64,000 nt of DNA, from positions 1,860,001-1,924,000 of the forward strand of contig CP154954.1 in NCBI GenBank assembly GCA_039621445.1, read 5' to 3'. A model generated the notes under the pieces. The model worked only from the letters and a program-made list of their open reading frames with translations. It ran no database searches and was not told the origin of the DNA. Shown piece by piece: positions 1 through 12,390 of this stretch; positions within the stretch are counted from its first letter, which is position 1, and each line of letters opens with the position of its first letter. The DNA is from Euglena gracilis (taxonomy: Eukaryota). The translations under genes and the position numbers were made by a program.

Positions 1-499
1 CGGCCCAGGCGGGGAGTTGGCCCAAAACCGCGCATACCGGTGGAAAGGGCGTCCCAAAGTTGTGGAATGAGGTACTCTTTACTTTTTCTCAACTCCCCGG
101 CGTTTTCGAGATTTTGAATTTTTCGATTTTTTGGCCCCAAAAATGACCCCCTGTTGCCGGTCCAACAAAAGTTCTTTGAAAAAAAAACGGTAGACAACTT
201 TTTTGCTCGGGCCATATCTCCGGCCTGGCGCGGAGTTGCGGGCAAAGTGAGGGCTCTGGACAAACTAGGGACCGTCTCCTAACCTATAGGCTATTAACCT
301 TTCGGGTCCCGAAATCAGGTCACATCGATAATCCGCGGGTGCCCGGGCCTACTCAGGGGGGGGGGGGGGGGGGGGCGGGGGGGGGGGAGGGGGGGTTTGG
401 GGGGGGGGGGAAGCTTCGCTCTTACTCTAAAGAGATAAGAGCTCATCGACCAGGGTGTGACGTAGAGCTGAGCTCTTTGTGGGAGCACTCCGGCCTGCA

Positions 500-930
500 C
501 GGCGAAAAACGCTCATTTTCGGCTCAAAAACATGTTTTCCGGGTCCAGGAGGCCCAAAAAACATCGTTTCGGGCGAAAAAAATTTTTCGATATTTTTCGA
601 CTTTTTTGACCCGGTTTTGACCCAAAATCAATGGGTTGGCGGCCCAAAACGGGGCGCTGGCGGGTCGAAAAACGCTCATTTTCAGCTCAAAAACGCTTTT
701 TCCGGGTCCGGGAGGCCAAAAAACATGGTTTTGGGCAAAAAAATTTTTTTCGATTTTTTTCGACTTTTTTGACCCGGTTTTGACCCAAAGTCAATGGGTT
801 GGCGAACCAAAACGGGGCGCTGGCGGGTCGAAAAACGCTCATTTTCAGCTCAAAACCACTTTTTCCGGGTCCGGGAGGCCAAAAAAACCTGGTTTTGGGC
901 GAAAAAAATTTTCGATTTTTTCGCCTTTTT
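500..930. repeat. ~163-bp satellite with phased A/T tracts; further arrays at ~4123-4715, 5655-6090, 10065-10640 and 29215-29515
   Basis: Monomer 'gggtcgaaaaacgctcattttcagctcaaaaac...ttttgacccaaagtcaatgggttggcg'. Equivalent positions 636 and 799 give a 163-bp period. Confidence 0.9.
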
Positions 931-1572
931 TGGCCGAAAACGGGTCAGTCGGACAGTGGGAAAAATGCACAAAACGGCCATTTGGACCGAAAAACGGCCG
1001 TATCTCGGGCCAGGCGGGGAGTTGGCCCAAACTGCGCATACCGGTGGATAGGGCGTCCCAAAGTTGTGGAATGAGGTACTCTTTAGTTTTTCTCAACTCC
1101 CCGGCGTTTTCGAGATATTTTGAATTTTTCGATTTTTTGACCCCAAAATGACCCCTTTTGGCAGAGCCCCCCCCCCTGGCAAAACCACAAAACGGCCGTA
1201 TCTCGGGCTAGGCGGGGAGTTGGCCCAAACCGCGCATACCGGTGGAAAGGGCGTCCCAAAGTTGTGGAATGAGGTACTCTTTGGTTTTTCTCAACTCCCC
1301 GGCGTTTTCGAGATATTTTGAATTTTTCGATTTTTTGACCCCAAAATGACCCCCTGTTGCCGGTCCAACAAAATTTCTTTGGAAAAAAAACGGTACGCAA
1401 CTTTTTTGCTCGGGCCAGATCTCCGGCCTGGCGCGGAGTTGCGGGCAAAGTGAGGGCTCTGGACAAACTAGGGACCGTCTCCTAACCTATAGGCTATTAA
1501 CCTTTCGGGTCCCGAAATCCAATCACATCGATAATCCTCGGGGGCCCGAGCCTACTCAGGGGGGGGGGGGGG

Positions 1573-1609
<37 letters not shown>

Positions 1610-1717
1610 GGGGGGGGTTTCGGGGGGGGTGGTAAGCTTCGCTCTTACTCTAAAGAGATAAGAGCTCAGCGACCAGGGTGTGACGTAGAGCTGAGCTCTT
1701 TGGGAGACCACCCCAGT

Positions 1718-1897
1718 CCGGCCCGGCCCGGCCGGCGTGGGGCCCGCGGCGGCCCGGCGGAAAGGGCGGGCGGCGGCGGCCCGGCCGGGGCCGGCGGCCC
1801 GGCGGCCGGCGGCCGGCGGGCCCGGCGGCCCGGCGGCCCGCCCGGCCCGGCCGGCGGCCCGGCCCGGCCCAGCCGGCGGCCCGGCGGCCCGCGACCG
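1718..1897. repeat. Pure G/C microsatellite-like tract (cccgg/gccgg/ggcgg); also at ~11000-11145, 13437-13478 and 29065-29212
   Basis: Seen directly; almost no A or T. Confidence 0.85.
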
Positions 1898-1902
1898 GAT
1901 CA

Positions 1903-3170
1903 ATGATCATGATGGCCATCCGGGGTCATGATGGCCATCATTGGTCATGATGGCCATCCGGGGTCATGATGGCCATCAATTGGTCATGATGGCCATCGGC
2001 CGGTGATGGCCATCATGGGCCCCATTGATGGGGCCATCGGGGTCATGCCATCATTGGTCGGATGGAGGGGGGCTGATGGCCATCGGGGGAATGGCCCCAA
2101 AGGGCATTTGGTCATGATGGCATCGGGTATGGCGCATCCGGGGTCATGATGGCCATCATTGGTCATGATGGCCATCCGGGGTCATGATGGCCATCATTGG
2201 TCATGATGGTCATCCGGGTCCGATGGCCATCATCATGAGGGGCCATGGCGGGGCCAGGGGTCGGGCCACATGGGCAGGCGGGGGCCAGGGGGCCATGGAT
2301 CCTTGGGAGGTCAGGGATGGCGAAGGGGGATCATGGGGGTCATGCGCCATATTGGAGGCCATGAGGGAATCGATTTGATTCATGATGGCCATCCGGGGTC
2401 ATGATGGCCATCATTGGTCATGATGGAAAATCCGGGTCATCCATGGGTCATGATGGCCATCATTCGTCATGATGGCCATCATTGGGCATGATGGTCATGA
2501 TGGCCATCCGGGGTCATGATGGCCATCATTGGTCATGATGGACATCCGGGGTCATGATGGCCATCATTGGTCATGATGGCCATCCGGGTATGATGGCCAT
2601 CATTGGTCATGATGGGGGTCCGGGGATGATGGCCATCCATGATGGCCATTTGGGGTCATGATGGCCATCATTGGTCATGATGGCCATCCGGGGTATGATG
2701 GCCATAATTGTCATGATGGCCATCCGGGGTAATGATGGCCATCATTGGTCATGATGGCCATCCGGGGTCATGATGGCCATCATTGGTCATGATGGCCATC
2801 CGGGGTCATGATGGCATGGGGATGATGGCCATCATTGGTCATGATGGCCATCCGGGGTCATGATGGCCATCATCTCATGATGGCCATCCGGGGTCATGAT
2901 GGCCATGGGTGATGATGTCCATCCTGGTTCATGATGGCCATCATTGGTCATGATGGCCATCATGGGTCATGATGGCCATCATTGGTCATGATGGCCATCC
3001 GGGGTCATGATGGCCATCATTGGTCATGATGGCCATCCGGGGTCATGATGGCCATCATTGGTCATGATGGCCATTCGGGGTCATGATGGCCATCCGGGGT
3101 CATGATGGCCATCATTGGGCATGATGGCCATCATTGGGCATGATGCGCATCATGACCATGAGGGCCATGA
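1903..3170. repeat. 19-bp tandem satellite, mainly alternating catgatggccatcattggt and catgatggccatccggggt
   Basis: Direct tandem repeats with the palindromic core atgatggccatcat. Several monomers at 1990-2450 are corrupted. Confidence 0.95.
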
Positions 3171-5512
3171 GGGGCTGGCGGGTCGAATAACGGCAATTTT
3201 CGGCTCGAAAACACTTTTTCCGGGTCCAGGAAGCCTAAAAACATGGTTTTGGGCAAAAAAAAAAATTTCGATTTTTTTCGAATTTTTGGCCCGAAAACGG
3301 CTAAGTGGGAAAATGGGAAAAGTGTAAAAAACTGCTATTTGGACCTGAAAACGGCCGTATCTACGGCTAGGCGGAGAGTTGCGGGAAATCAAAATACTAG
3401 TAGATAGGGCGTTCCAAGGGCTTCAATTTAGGTCTCCGGACATTTTTTTCAACTCCCCACCATTTGTGAGTTATTTTGCAAAAACTGGTTTTTTTTCTTG
3501 TTTTTAGCTCCAAATGGCAGAGTCCCCCCGTGGCGAACCCTCAAAACGGCCGTATCTCGGCCCAGGCGGGGAGTTGGCCCAAACCGCGCATACCGGTGGA
3601 AAGGGCGTCCCAAAGTTGTGGAATGAGGTACTCTTTGCTTTTTCTCAACTCCCCGGCGTTTTCGAGATATTTTGAATTTTTTGATTTTTTGACCCCAAAA
3701 ATGACCCCCTGTTGCCGGTCCAACAAAAGTTCTTTGAAAAAAAAACGGTAGACAACTTTTTTGCTCGGGCCATATCTCCGGGCTGGCGTGACGTTGCGGG
3801 CAAAGTAAGGGCTCTGGACAAACTAGGGACCGTCTCCTAACCTATAGGCTATTAACCTTTCGGGTCCCGAAATCAGGTCACATCGATAATCCGCGGGTGC
3901 CCGAGCCTACTCAGGGGGGGGGGGGGGGGGGCGGGGGGGCGGGCTGTTGGGGGGGGGGGGGGGGGGTCAGGGGGGGGGGGGGGGGGGGCGGGGGGCGGGG
4001 GGGGGGTCAGGGGGGGATTGGGGGGGGCGGGAAGCTTCGCTCTTACTCTAAAGAGATAAGAGCTCAGCTACCACGGTTAGACGTAGAGCTGAGCGTTTTG
4101 GGGGATCACCCCGTCCCGGCCGGCGAAAAACGCTCATTTTCAGCTCAAAAACATGGTTTCCGTGTCCAGGAGACCAAAAAACATGGTTTTGGGCGAAAAA
4201 ATTTTTTTCGACTTTTTTGACCCGGTTTTGACCCAAACTCAATGGGTTGGCGAACCAAAACGGGGCGCTGGCGGGTCGAAAAACGCTCATTTTCGGCCCA
4301 AAAACACTTTTTCCGGGTCCGGGAGGCCAAAAAACATCGTTTTGGGCAAAAAAAATTTTTCGATTTTTTTCGACTTTTTTGACCCGGTTTTGACCCAAAA
4401 TCAATCGGTCGGCGGTCCAAAACGGGGTGCCGGCGGGTCGAAAAACGCTCGTTTTCGGCTCCAAAACAGTTTTTCTTGGTCCGCGAGGCCAAAAAACTTC
4501 GTTTCGGGCAAAAAAATTTTTTTCGATTTTTTTCGACTTTTTTGACCCGGTTTTGACCCAAAGTCAATGGGTTGGCGGTCCAAAACGGGGTGCCGGCGGG
4601 TCGAAAAACGCTCGTTTTCGGCTCCAAAACACTTTTTTCGGGTCCAGGAGGTCAAAAAACATGATTTTGGGCAAAAAAAATTTTTTCGATTTTTTTCGAC
4701 TTTTTGACCCAAAAATGGCTAAGTCCACCGGCCAGGGGCGGGCCCCACCGGGGGGGGGGCGGGGGGGGGGGGTCCGGGTCGGAAAAATTTTTTTTGCTCA
4801 AAAACACTTTTTTTGATGTTCGGAAGTGAAAAAAAGTGTTTTTGAGCGAAAAAAAATTTTTCAAAATTTTTGGTCCTGACCTGCCACCCGACCCCCCCTC
4901 GCCCAGCCACCCTCACAGCGCGCGCAGGGGTCCCCGAATACCCAAAACTGGCCCAAAATCGCACAACCAGACCCCGTGAACCTCAATAAAAGGTCAAACC
5001 CCTCCCCTAAACCTAATGATTGACCCCCTGGTTTGGGCTGCAACTCCTCGTCTAGCCCGAGATACGGCCAATTTACGGTTTCGGGCCCCGAACGGGCCAG
5101 AAATGGCCAAAACTGGCCAAACTGGCCCAAAACCCCAAAACGGCCGTATCTCGGGCTAGGCGAGGAGTTGGCCCAAACCGCGCATACCGATCGATCGGGC
5201 GTCCCAAAGTTGTGGAATGACGTCCTCTTTACTTTTCCTCAACTCCGCAGCGTTTTCGAGATATTTTGAATTTATCGATTTTTTGACCCCAAAATGACCC
5301 TGCAATTTTCCGGGAAAAAAAAACGGTAGACAACTTTTTTGCTCGGGCCAGATCTCCGGACCGGCGGGGAGTTGGGGTAGCGTGAGGGCTCGGAAGAAAC
5401 TAGGGAACCTCTCCTAACCTATAGGCCATTCACTTTGGGGGCCCGGAAATCGGGTCACATCGATAATCCTCGGGTGGCCGGACCTACTCAGGGAGGGGGG
5501 GGGGGCGGGGGG

Positions 5513-5561
<49 letters not shown>

Positions 5562-7679
5562 GGTAAGCTTCGCTCTTACTCTAAAGAGATAAGAGCTCAG
5601 CGACCAGGGTGTGACGTAGAGCTGAGCTCTTTGGGGGACCATTCCGGCTCGGCCGGCGAAAAACGCTCATTTTCAGCTCAAAAACATGTTTTCCGGGTCC
5701 AGGAGGCTCAAAAACATGGTTTTGGGCGAAAAAATTTTTTCGATATTTTTCGACTTTTTTGTCCCGGTTTTGACCCAAAATCAATGGGTTGGCGGCCCAA
5801 AAAGCGGCCCTGGCGGGTCGAAAAACGCTCATTTTCAGCTCAAAAACGCTTTTTCCGGGTCCGGGGGGCCAAAAAACATGGTTTTGGGCGAAAAAATTTT
5901 TTTCGATTTTTTTCGACTTTTTTGACCCAGTTTTGACCCAAAGTCAATGGGTTGGCGAACCAAAACGGGGCGCTGGCGGGTCGAAAAACGCTCATTTTCA
6001 GCTCAAAAACACTTTTTCCGGGTCCGGGAGGCCAAAAAACATGGTTTTGGGCGAAAAAAAAATTTTCGATTTTTTTTCGACTTTTTGGCCCGAAAACGGC
6101 TAAGTCGGACAGTGGGAAAAGTGTACAAAACGGCCATTTGGACCGAAAAACGGCCGTATCTCGGGCCAGGCGGAGAGTTGGCCCAAACTGCGAATACCGG
6201 TGGATAGGGCGTCCCAAAGTTGTGGAATGAGGTGCTCTTTAGTTTTTCTCAACTCCCCGGCGTTTTCGAGATATTTTGAATTTTTCGATTTTTTGACCCC
6301 AAAATGACCCCTTTTTGGCAGAGCCCCCCCCGCTGGCAAAACCACAAAACGGCCGTATCTCGGGCTAGGCGTGGAGTTGGCCCAAACCGCGCATACCGGT
6401 GGAAAGGGCGTCCCAAAGTTGTGGAATGAGGTACTCTTTAGTTTTTCTCAACTCCCCGGCGTTTTCGAGATATTTTGAATTTTTCGATTTTTTGACCCCC
6501 AAAATGACCCCCTGTTGCCGGTCCAACAAAATTTCTTTGGAAAAAAAACGGTACGCAACTTTTTTGCTCGGGCCAGATCTCCGGCCTGGCGCGGAGTTGC
6601 GGGCAAAGTGAGGGCTCTGGACAAACTAGGGATCCTCTCCTAACCTATAGGCTATTCACTTTGGGGGCCCGGAAATCGGGTCACATCGATAATCCTCGGG
6701 TGGCCGGACCTACTCAGGGGGGGGGGGGGCGGGGGGCGGGGGGGGCGGGGGGGGGTCAGGGGGGGGTTTCGGGGGGGTGGTAAGCTTCGCTCTTACTCTA
6801 AAGAGATAAGAGCTCAGCGACCCCCCCCTACCACCTTACCCCCCCAGGGGGGGGGGGGTGGTCGGGACCAGGTTTTGAATAGTGCTGAGCTCTTTACGTT
6901 GTGCGGTTTTTGACTGTAAAATCGAAAACGTGGCTCGGACGAAATGGGGCTAGGCAGAGGTGGAGTAATGGGAATTTGAGTCATGGCCTTTCCCCCCCCC
7001 CCCAGGACCCCCCCAGGACCCCCCCCCCAGGACCCACTGGGGGCGGTACCCACAGACCCACTGACCGTGGAGTTCCGGGCGCCTTCGGCACCTGCTACCA
7101 GGGGGGGCTACCGCCCCCCCCCCCCGGACCCCCCCGGTCTTCAAAATAACCTCATCTTGTGGTGCAAAAATTTTACCAAGAATTGTGGGACCCCCCCAGG
7201 ACCCCCCAAGACCCCCCAAGACCCAGGGTTGACGTTTTTTTTTTTAAAAAAACAAAAAGAACATGTCTTTTTTTCAAAAAGACGCAAAAAAAGTTTTTAT
7301 TTGAAAAGGCAAAATTTCACCTTTTTCCTTGCGAAATGACCATTTTTTTGAGGAAAAAGTTCTAAAGTCATTTTTTTGGTCATCAAAAAGTGACGTTTTT
7401 TTCAGTTTCCAGACCCTTCCTCCTAGAATACTAAATGATGGCACATGTGAAAGCCAGCACCCTTTACGGACTATGAAGCTGCAGAGATAAAAAATGACTT
7501 TTTTTCTTAAAAAAACATTTCAAAAAAATTTCCCCCAAACCCTCCATGAAGTATTTTTTTTTAAAAAAACATGTTTTTTTTTGTTTCAAAAAAAACAAGC
7601 CGTCAACCTTGCCAAGACCCCCCAGGACCAGGACAGGGTCCTGGGGGGAGGGGAACTGGCACAAGTGGGGAATTTTTTT

Positions 7680-8350
7680 GGTATGGTTTCACGCACGTTG
7701 GGCACTCCACTTGCCAATGGGCCAGAAAATTGAAGTGGCAGGTGCAGCCTCTGCAGTCTATGTGAAAAATTTTACAAAAATTTTGTGGGGGATGCTGGGC
7801 ACCTCCGAATAGGTGGGTATGCGGCCCAGGTGCTGTGTTCCACCGCCCCTTTGTGGGGTATCATCAGCTTGGGTCTCCCCGGCTATTGGTACCGGAAACC
7901 TCTGTCTTTGCAGAGGCGGCGTTATGGAGGGTGCACTCCACTTGCCAATGGGCCAGAACACGATGTGGCGGGTGCAGCCTCGGCAGTCCGTGCGACTGAA
8001 TTTTTACCAAAGTTTTGTGGGGGATGCTGGGCACCTCTGAACAGTTGGGTGCGGCCCAGGTGCTTTGTTCCAGCGTTCGCAGACCTCTGCCTTTGCAGAG
8101 GCAGAGTTATGGAGGGTTAAAATTTGAACATTTTGGTGCACGTTGTGCACTCCACTTGCCAATGGGCTGGAATACGAACTGTGGGGTGCAGGTTCTAGCA
8201 CTCCATGTGAGAAACATATACGCGAAATTTTGGGGGGGATGCTTGGCCCCTCTGGGTATGTGGCTCTGGTAGCATAAGCACTTTGGGAACCCCCGGCTTT
8301 GGGAAAATTGTGGTGCACGTTGTGCACTCCACTTGTGAATGGGTCGGAAC
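7680..8350. repeat. Four degenerate ~180-230-bp repeats containing 'gcactccacttgccaatggg'
   Basis: The motif occurs at ~7702, 7933, 8148 and 8324. The first three copies are followed by a 'tttgtgggggatgct'-like motif. Confidence 0.7.
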
Positions 8351-9082
8351 AGCAATAAGCGGGGGGTCGGCACACCCCTCCCCCCCCCTCACCAACCCCT
8401 TGCCACGCCATTTTACCCCCCCCCCCTTTTCAGACCCCCTCGCCACGCCATGTCAGGCCCATCAGAGAAATTTTTTTGGCAGACCCCCGCGCACCCCTCC
8501 CCCCTCGCCATGCCAAACCCCCCCCCCCTAGCCGGACCCCTCGCCACGGCGTGCCGACCCCCCCAGCAGGTGCAGGCTCTGCACTCCAGTTAAAAAAACA
8601 CAAAAATGTCCTTTTGACGAAGGATTGAAATGTAGGTGCAGGTTCTGCACATGGGGTATATCCCTTTCCAATGGATTGCAGACGTTGCACCTGTACATTG
8701 TTCCTGTCGTTTTGCTCCAGGAACAGATCGTCCTAATCAACTTGATTTGTTCACAAGGACTTCAACACAACGGGGTATTCCCCCCGTGACCCCCCCGTGA
8801 CCCGAACAAAGACCCTTTTCGGCCAAAACTTTTCGAAAAAAAATTGCCGGTGATGCCTAATTTGATAAAATATTCAGGAATATTCCTAATTTTGAGGTGT
8901 AAATTTTGAAAATTTGGGGTCGTTGATGTCAAAATCCTAATTTAGGTTGTGGGGATTCCTACTTTGGCCACCGAAAATGCGGTGTTCCCCTCGTGACCCC
9001 CCGCGACCCCCCGTAAACCGAACCACCCCCAACATGACCCCGTGTTAAAACACTGCATTCAACCCGTTTTTGACCCAAAGTC

Positions 9083-9178
9083 AATGGGTTTCGGGCCAAA
9101 ACGGGGGCCAGGGGGTCGAAAAACGCTCAAAAAAGCGTTTTTCGACCCCCTGGCCCCCGTTTTGGCCCGAAACCCATT
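9083..9178. repeat. Perfect inverted repeat, 45-bp arms, 6-nt loop
   Basis: 9083-9127 is the exact reverse complement of 9134-9178; the loop is caaaaa. Confidence 0.9.
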
Positions 9179-9234
9179 TTCGGCTCTGATACGAAAACTG
9201 TGTTCAGAACGCCGGAGAACGCCGGTTCGGGCGT

Positions 9235-9298
9235 GAAGCCGTGTTTCAGAACGCCGGTTCGGGCGGTAGCCCGAACCCGCGTTCTGAAACACGGCTTC
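9235..9298. repeat. Inverted repeat, 30-bp arms with 1 mismatch, ggta loop, inside a larger palindromic cluster (9200-9362)
   Basis: gaagccgtgtttcagaacgccggttcgggc-ggta-gcccgaacccgcgttctgaaacacggcttc. Confidence 0.85.
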
Positions 9299-11144
9299 TC
9301 TGAAACACGGCTTCATGCCCGAACCGGCGTACCACGGCTTCACGCGCCCGAACCGGCGTTCAAGGAATCACGGCTAATTTCGCCCTAAATACCCATTTTT
9401 TGAACCTTTTTGAGCATTTTTGACCTCCTTTGGACGAATGGCGATGTCGACTGGCCAATTAAAGTTTTCACATATCTGATGCCATGTTACCCATTAATCG
9501 AAAGCTCTTCTCAAGGGCTTTTGACAGATGGCTACAGGATTCAGCCATGATGCGCACAGCGCTTATTTTCAGCGATCGTGTGTTCCAAAATTTGACATCT
9601 CAATTGGTGAAATCTCACACCTCAGGTGCAATACGGCATATCAATCGAAAGCTCTCCCCAAGACCTTTCACTTGGTACCCTCAGAACTCAGCCACACTGC
9701 ACAGCGCCCTGAAAATCGCCGATGGCACGTTCCGACCCTTTTCGCAAAATCCAAATTCCACTGTTCACCTGCCATGTTGCCCCTTGATTGAAAGCTCTTC
9801 TCAGGGGCTTTCTGCAGATGGCCTTAGATTTCAGCCGTGCTGCATGGTATTCTATTTCAGAAATTCCCCAATTTTGGCCAAATGGAAATTATTGCACAAA
9901 ATACCCCAATTTCTTGCCAAATACCCCCAAGTCTACAAACCATTTTGGACACTTTTTGGCACTTTTTACTTTGGGTCCCCCAGACATCGTTTTCCCGCCC
10001 AAACCGGCGTTCTGGACGCCGGTTCGGGCGTGAAGCCAGAGCCGCACCGCAATACACGGTTTCAAAAACACTTTTTCCGTGTCCGGGAGGCCAAATAGCA
10101 TCGTTTCGTATCGTTTCGGGCAATAAAATGTTTTTCGATTTTTTCGACTTTTTTGACCCGTGTTTGACCCAAAGTCAATGGGTTGGCGGCCCAAAACGGG
10201 GCGCTGGCGGGTCGAAAAACGCTCATTTTCGGCTCAAAAACAGTTTTTCCGGGTCCGGTAGGCCAAAAAACATCGTTTCAGGCCAAAAAATTTTTTTTCG
10301 ATTTTTTTCGACTTTTTTTGACCCGAAAATGACCCAAACTCCATGGGAGTCGGGCCAAAACGGGGGGCCGGGGGGGTCGAAGAACGCTCATTTTCGGCTC
10401 AAAAACACTTTTTCCGGGTCCGGGAGGCGAAAATACATGGTTTTCCTTTTTTTTTTTGACTTTTTTGACCTGAAAATGACCCAAAGTCAATTGGTTTTGG
10501 CGGCCCAAAACGGGGGGGCAGGGGGTTGAAAAACATTTTCGGCTCAAAAAAAAACAGGTTTTCTGGTCCGGGATGCCAAAAACCTCGTTCTGGGCAAAGA
10601 TAATTTTCGATTTTTTTGGATTTTATTCGACTTTTTTTGTCCGGCTGAGTCTGACAGTGGAAAAATGTACAAAATGTCCCAAATTGGGCGAAAACGGCTG
10701 TATCGCGGGCTAGGTGGGGAGTTGCGCGGAAATCAAAGTACCGTTAGATAGGGCGTTCCAAGGGCTTCAATTTAGGTCTCCGGACATAACCTTTGATTTT
10801 GCATCATTTTCGAGATATTTTGAAAATATCGATTTTTGGGCCCGAAATGGCAGAGTCCAAAGGGGGGGGCTCAAATATCACCCCGAACTTCACGGCCGAA
10901 AGTACCCCCCCCCCCGGTGAACGTTCACCATTGAAGTTCACAGGGGGGGTCCCCCCGAACTGCCTACCCTCACAGCCTCACCCCCCCCTATTTGCCCCCC
11001 CCCGGCGGCCCGGCCCGGCCCGGCGGCCCGGCGGCCCGGCGGCCCAGCCCGGCGGCCCGGCGGCCCGGCCCGGCCCGGCCCGTCGGCCCGGCGGCCCGGC
11101 CCGGCCCGGCCCAGCCGGCGGCCCAGCGGCCCGGCCCGACCCGG

Positions 11145-12390
11145 ATGCTCATGATGCTCATGATGGCCATCCGAGGTCATGATGGCCATCTTGGGTCATG
11201 ATGGCCATCCGGGGTCATGATGGCCATGCGGGGTAATGATGGCCATCATTGGTCATGAAGGCCATCATGGGTCATGATGGCCATCATGGGTCATGATGGC
11301 CATCCGGGGTCATGATGGCCATCATTGGTCATGATGGCCATCCGGGGTCATGATGGCCATCATTGGTCATGATGGCCATCCGGGGTCATGATGGCCATCA
11401 TTTGGCATGATGGTCATCATGGGTCATGATGGCCATCCGGGGTCATGATGGCCATCATTGGTCATGATGGTCATCCGGGGTCATGATGGTCATCATTGGT
11501 CATGATGGCCATCCGGGGTCATGATGGCCATCATTGGTCATGATGGACATCCGGGGTCATGATGGCCATCATTCGTCATGATGGCCATCATTGGTCATGA
11601 TGGCCATCATGGGTCATGATGGCCATCCGGGGTCATGATGGCCATCATTGGTGATGATGGCCATCCGGGGTCATGATGGCCATCATTGGTCATGATGGCC
11701 ATCATTGGTCATGATGGCCATCCAGGGTCATGATGGCCATCATTTGGCATGATGGTCATCATGGGTCATGATGGCCATCCGGGGTCATGATGGCCATCAT
11801 TGGTCATGATGGTCATCCGGGGTCATGATGGTCATCATTGGTCATGATGGCCATCCGGGGTCATGATGGCCATCATTGGTCATGATGGACATCCGGGGTC
11901 ATGATGGCCATCATTCGTCATGATGGCCATCATTGGTCATAATAGCCATCATGGGTCATGATGGCCATCATTGGTCATGATGGCCATCCGGGGTCATGAT
12001 GGCCATCATTTGGCATGATGGTCATCATGGGTCATGATGGCCATCCGGGGTCATGATGGCCATCATTGGTCATGATGGTCATCCGGGGTCATGATGGTCA
12101 TCATTGGTCATGATGGCCATCCGGGGTCATGATGGCCATCCGGGGTCATGATGGCCATCATTGGTCATGATGGACATCCGGGGTCATGATGGCCATCATT
12201 CGTCATGATGGCCATCATTGGTCATGATGGCCATCATGGGTCATGATGGCCATCCGGGGTCATGATGGCCATCATTGGTGATGATGGCCATCCGGGGTCA
12301 TGATGGCCATCATTGGTCATGATGGTCATCATTGGTCATGATGGCCATCCGGGGTCATGATGGCCATCATGACCCCGGATGGCCATCATA
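11145..12390. repeat. Second array of the 19-bp catgatggccat satellite, with a short continuation at 12915-13030
   Basis: Direct tandem repeats of the same monomers as 1903-3170. Confidence 0.95.

Larger units (their letters stand above)
1..6895. repeat. Modular GC-rich macrosatellite: ~190-bp 'ggccgtatctcggg...gttttcgagatattttg' module, G-tract plus hairpin module, and 163-bp A-tract module
   Basis: The same modules recur. 1-460 resembles 3558-4095 and 13030-13425. 460-1560 resembles 5610-6720 (matching ORF starts offset by 5153 bp). ORFs here are translated repeats. Confidence 0.9.
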
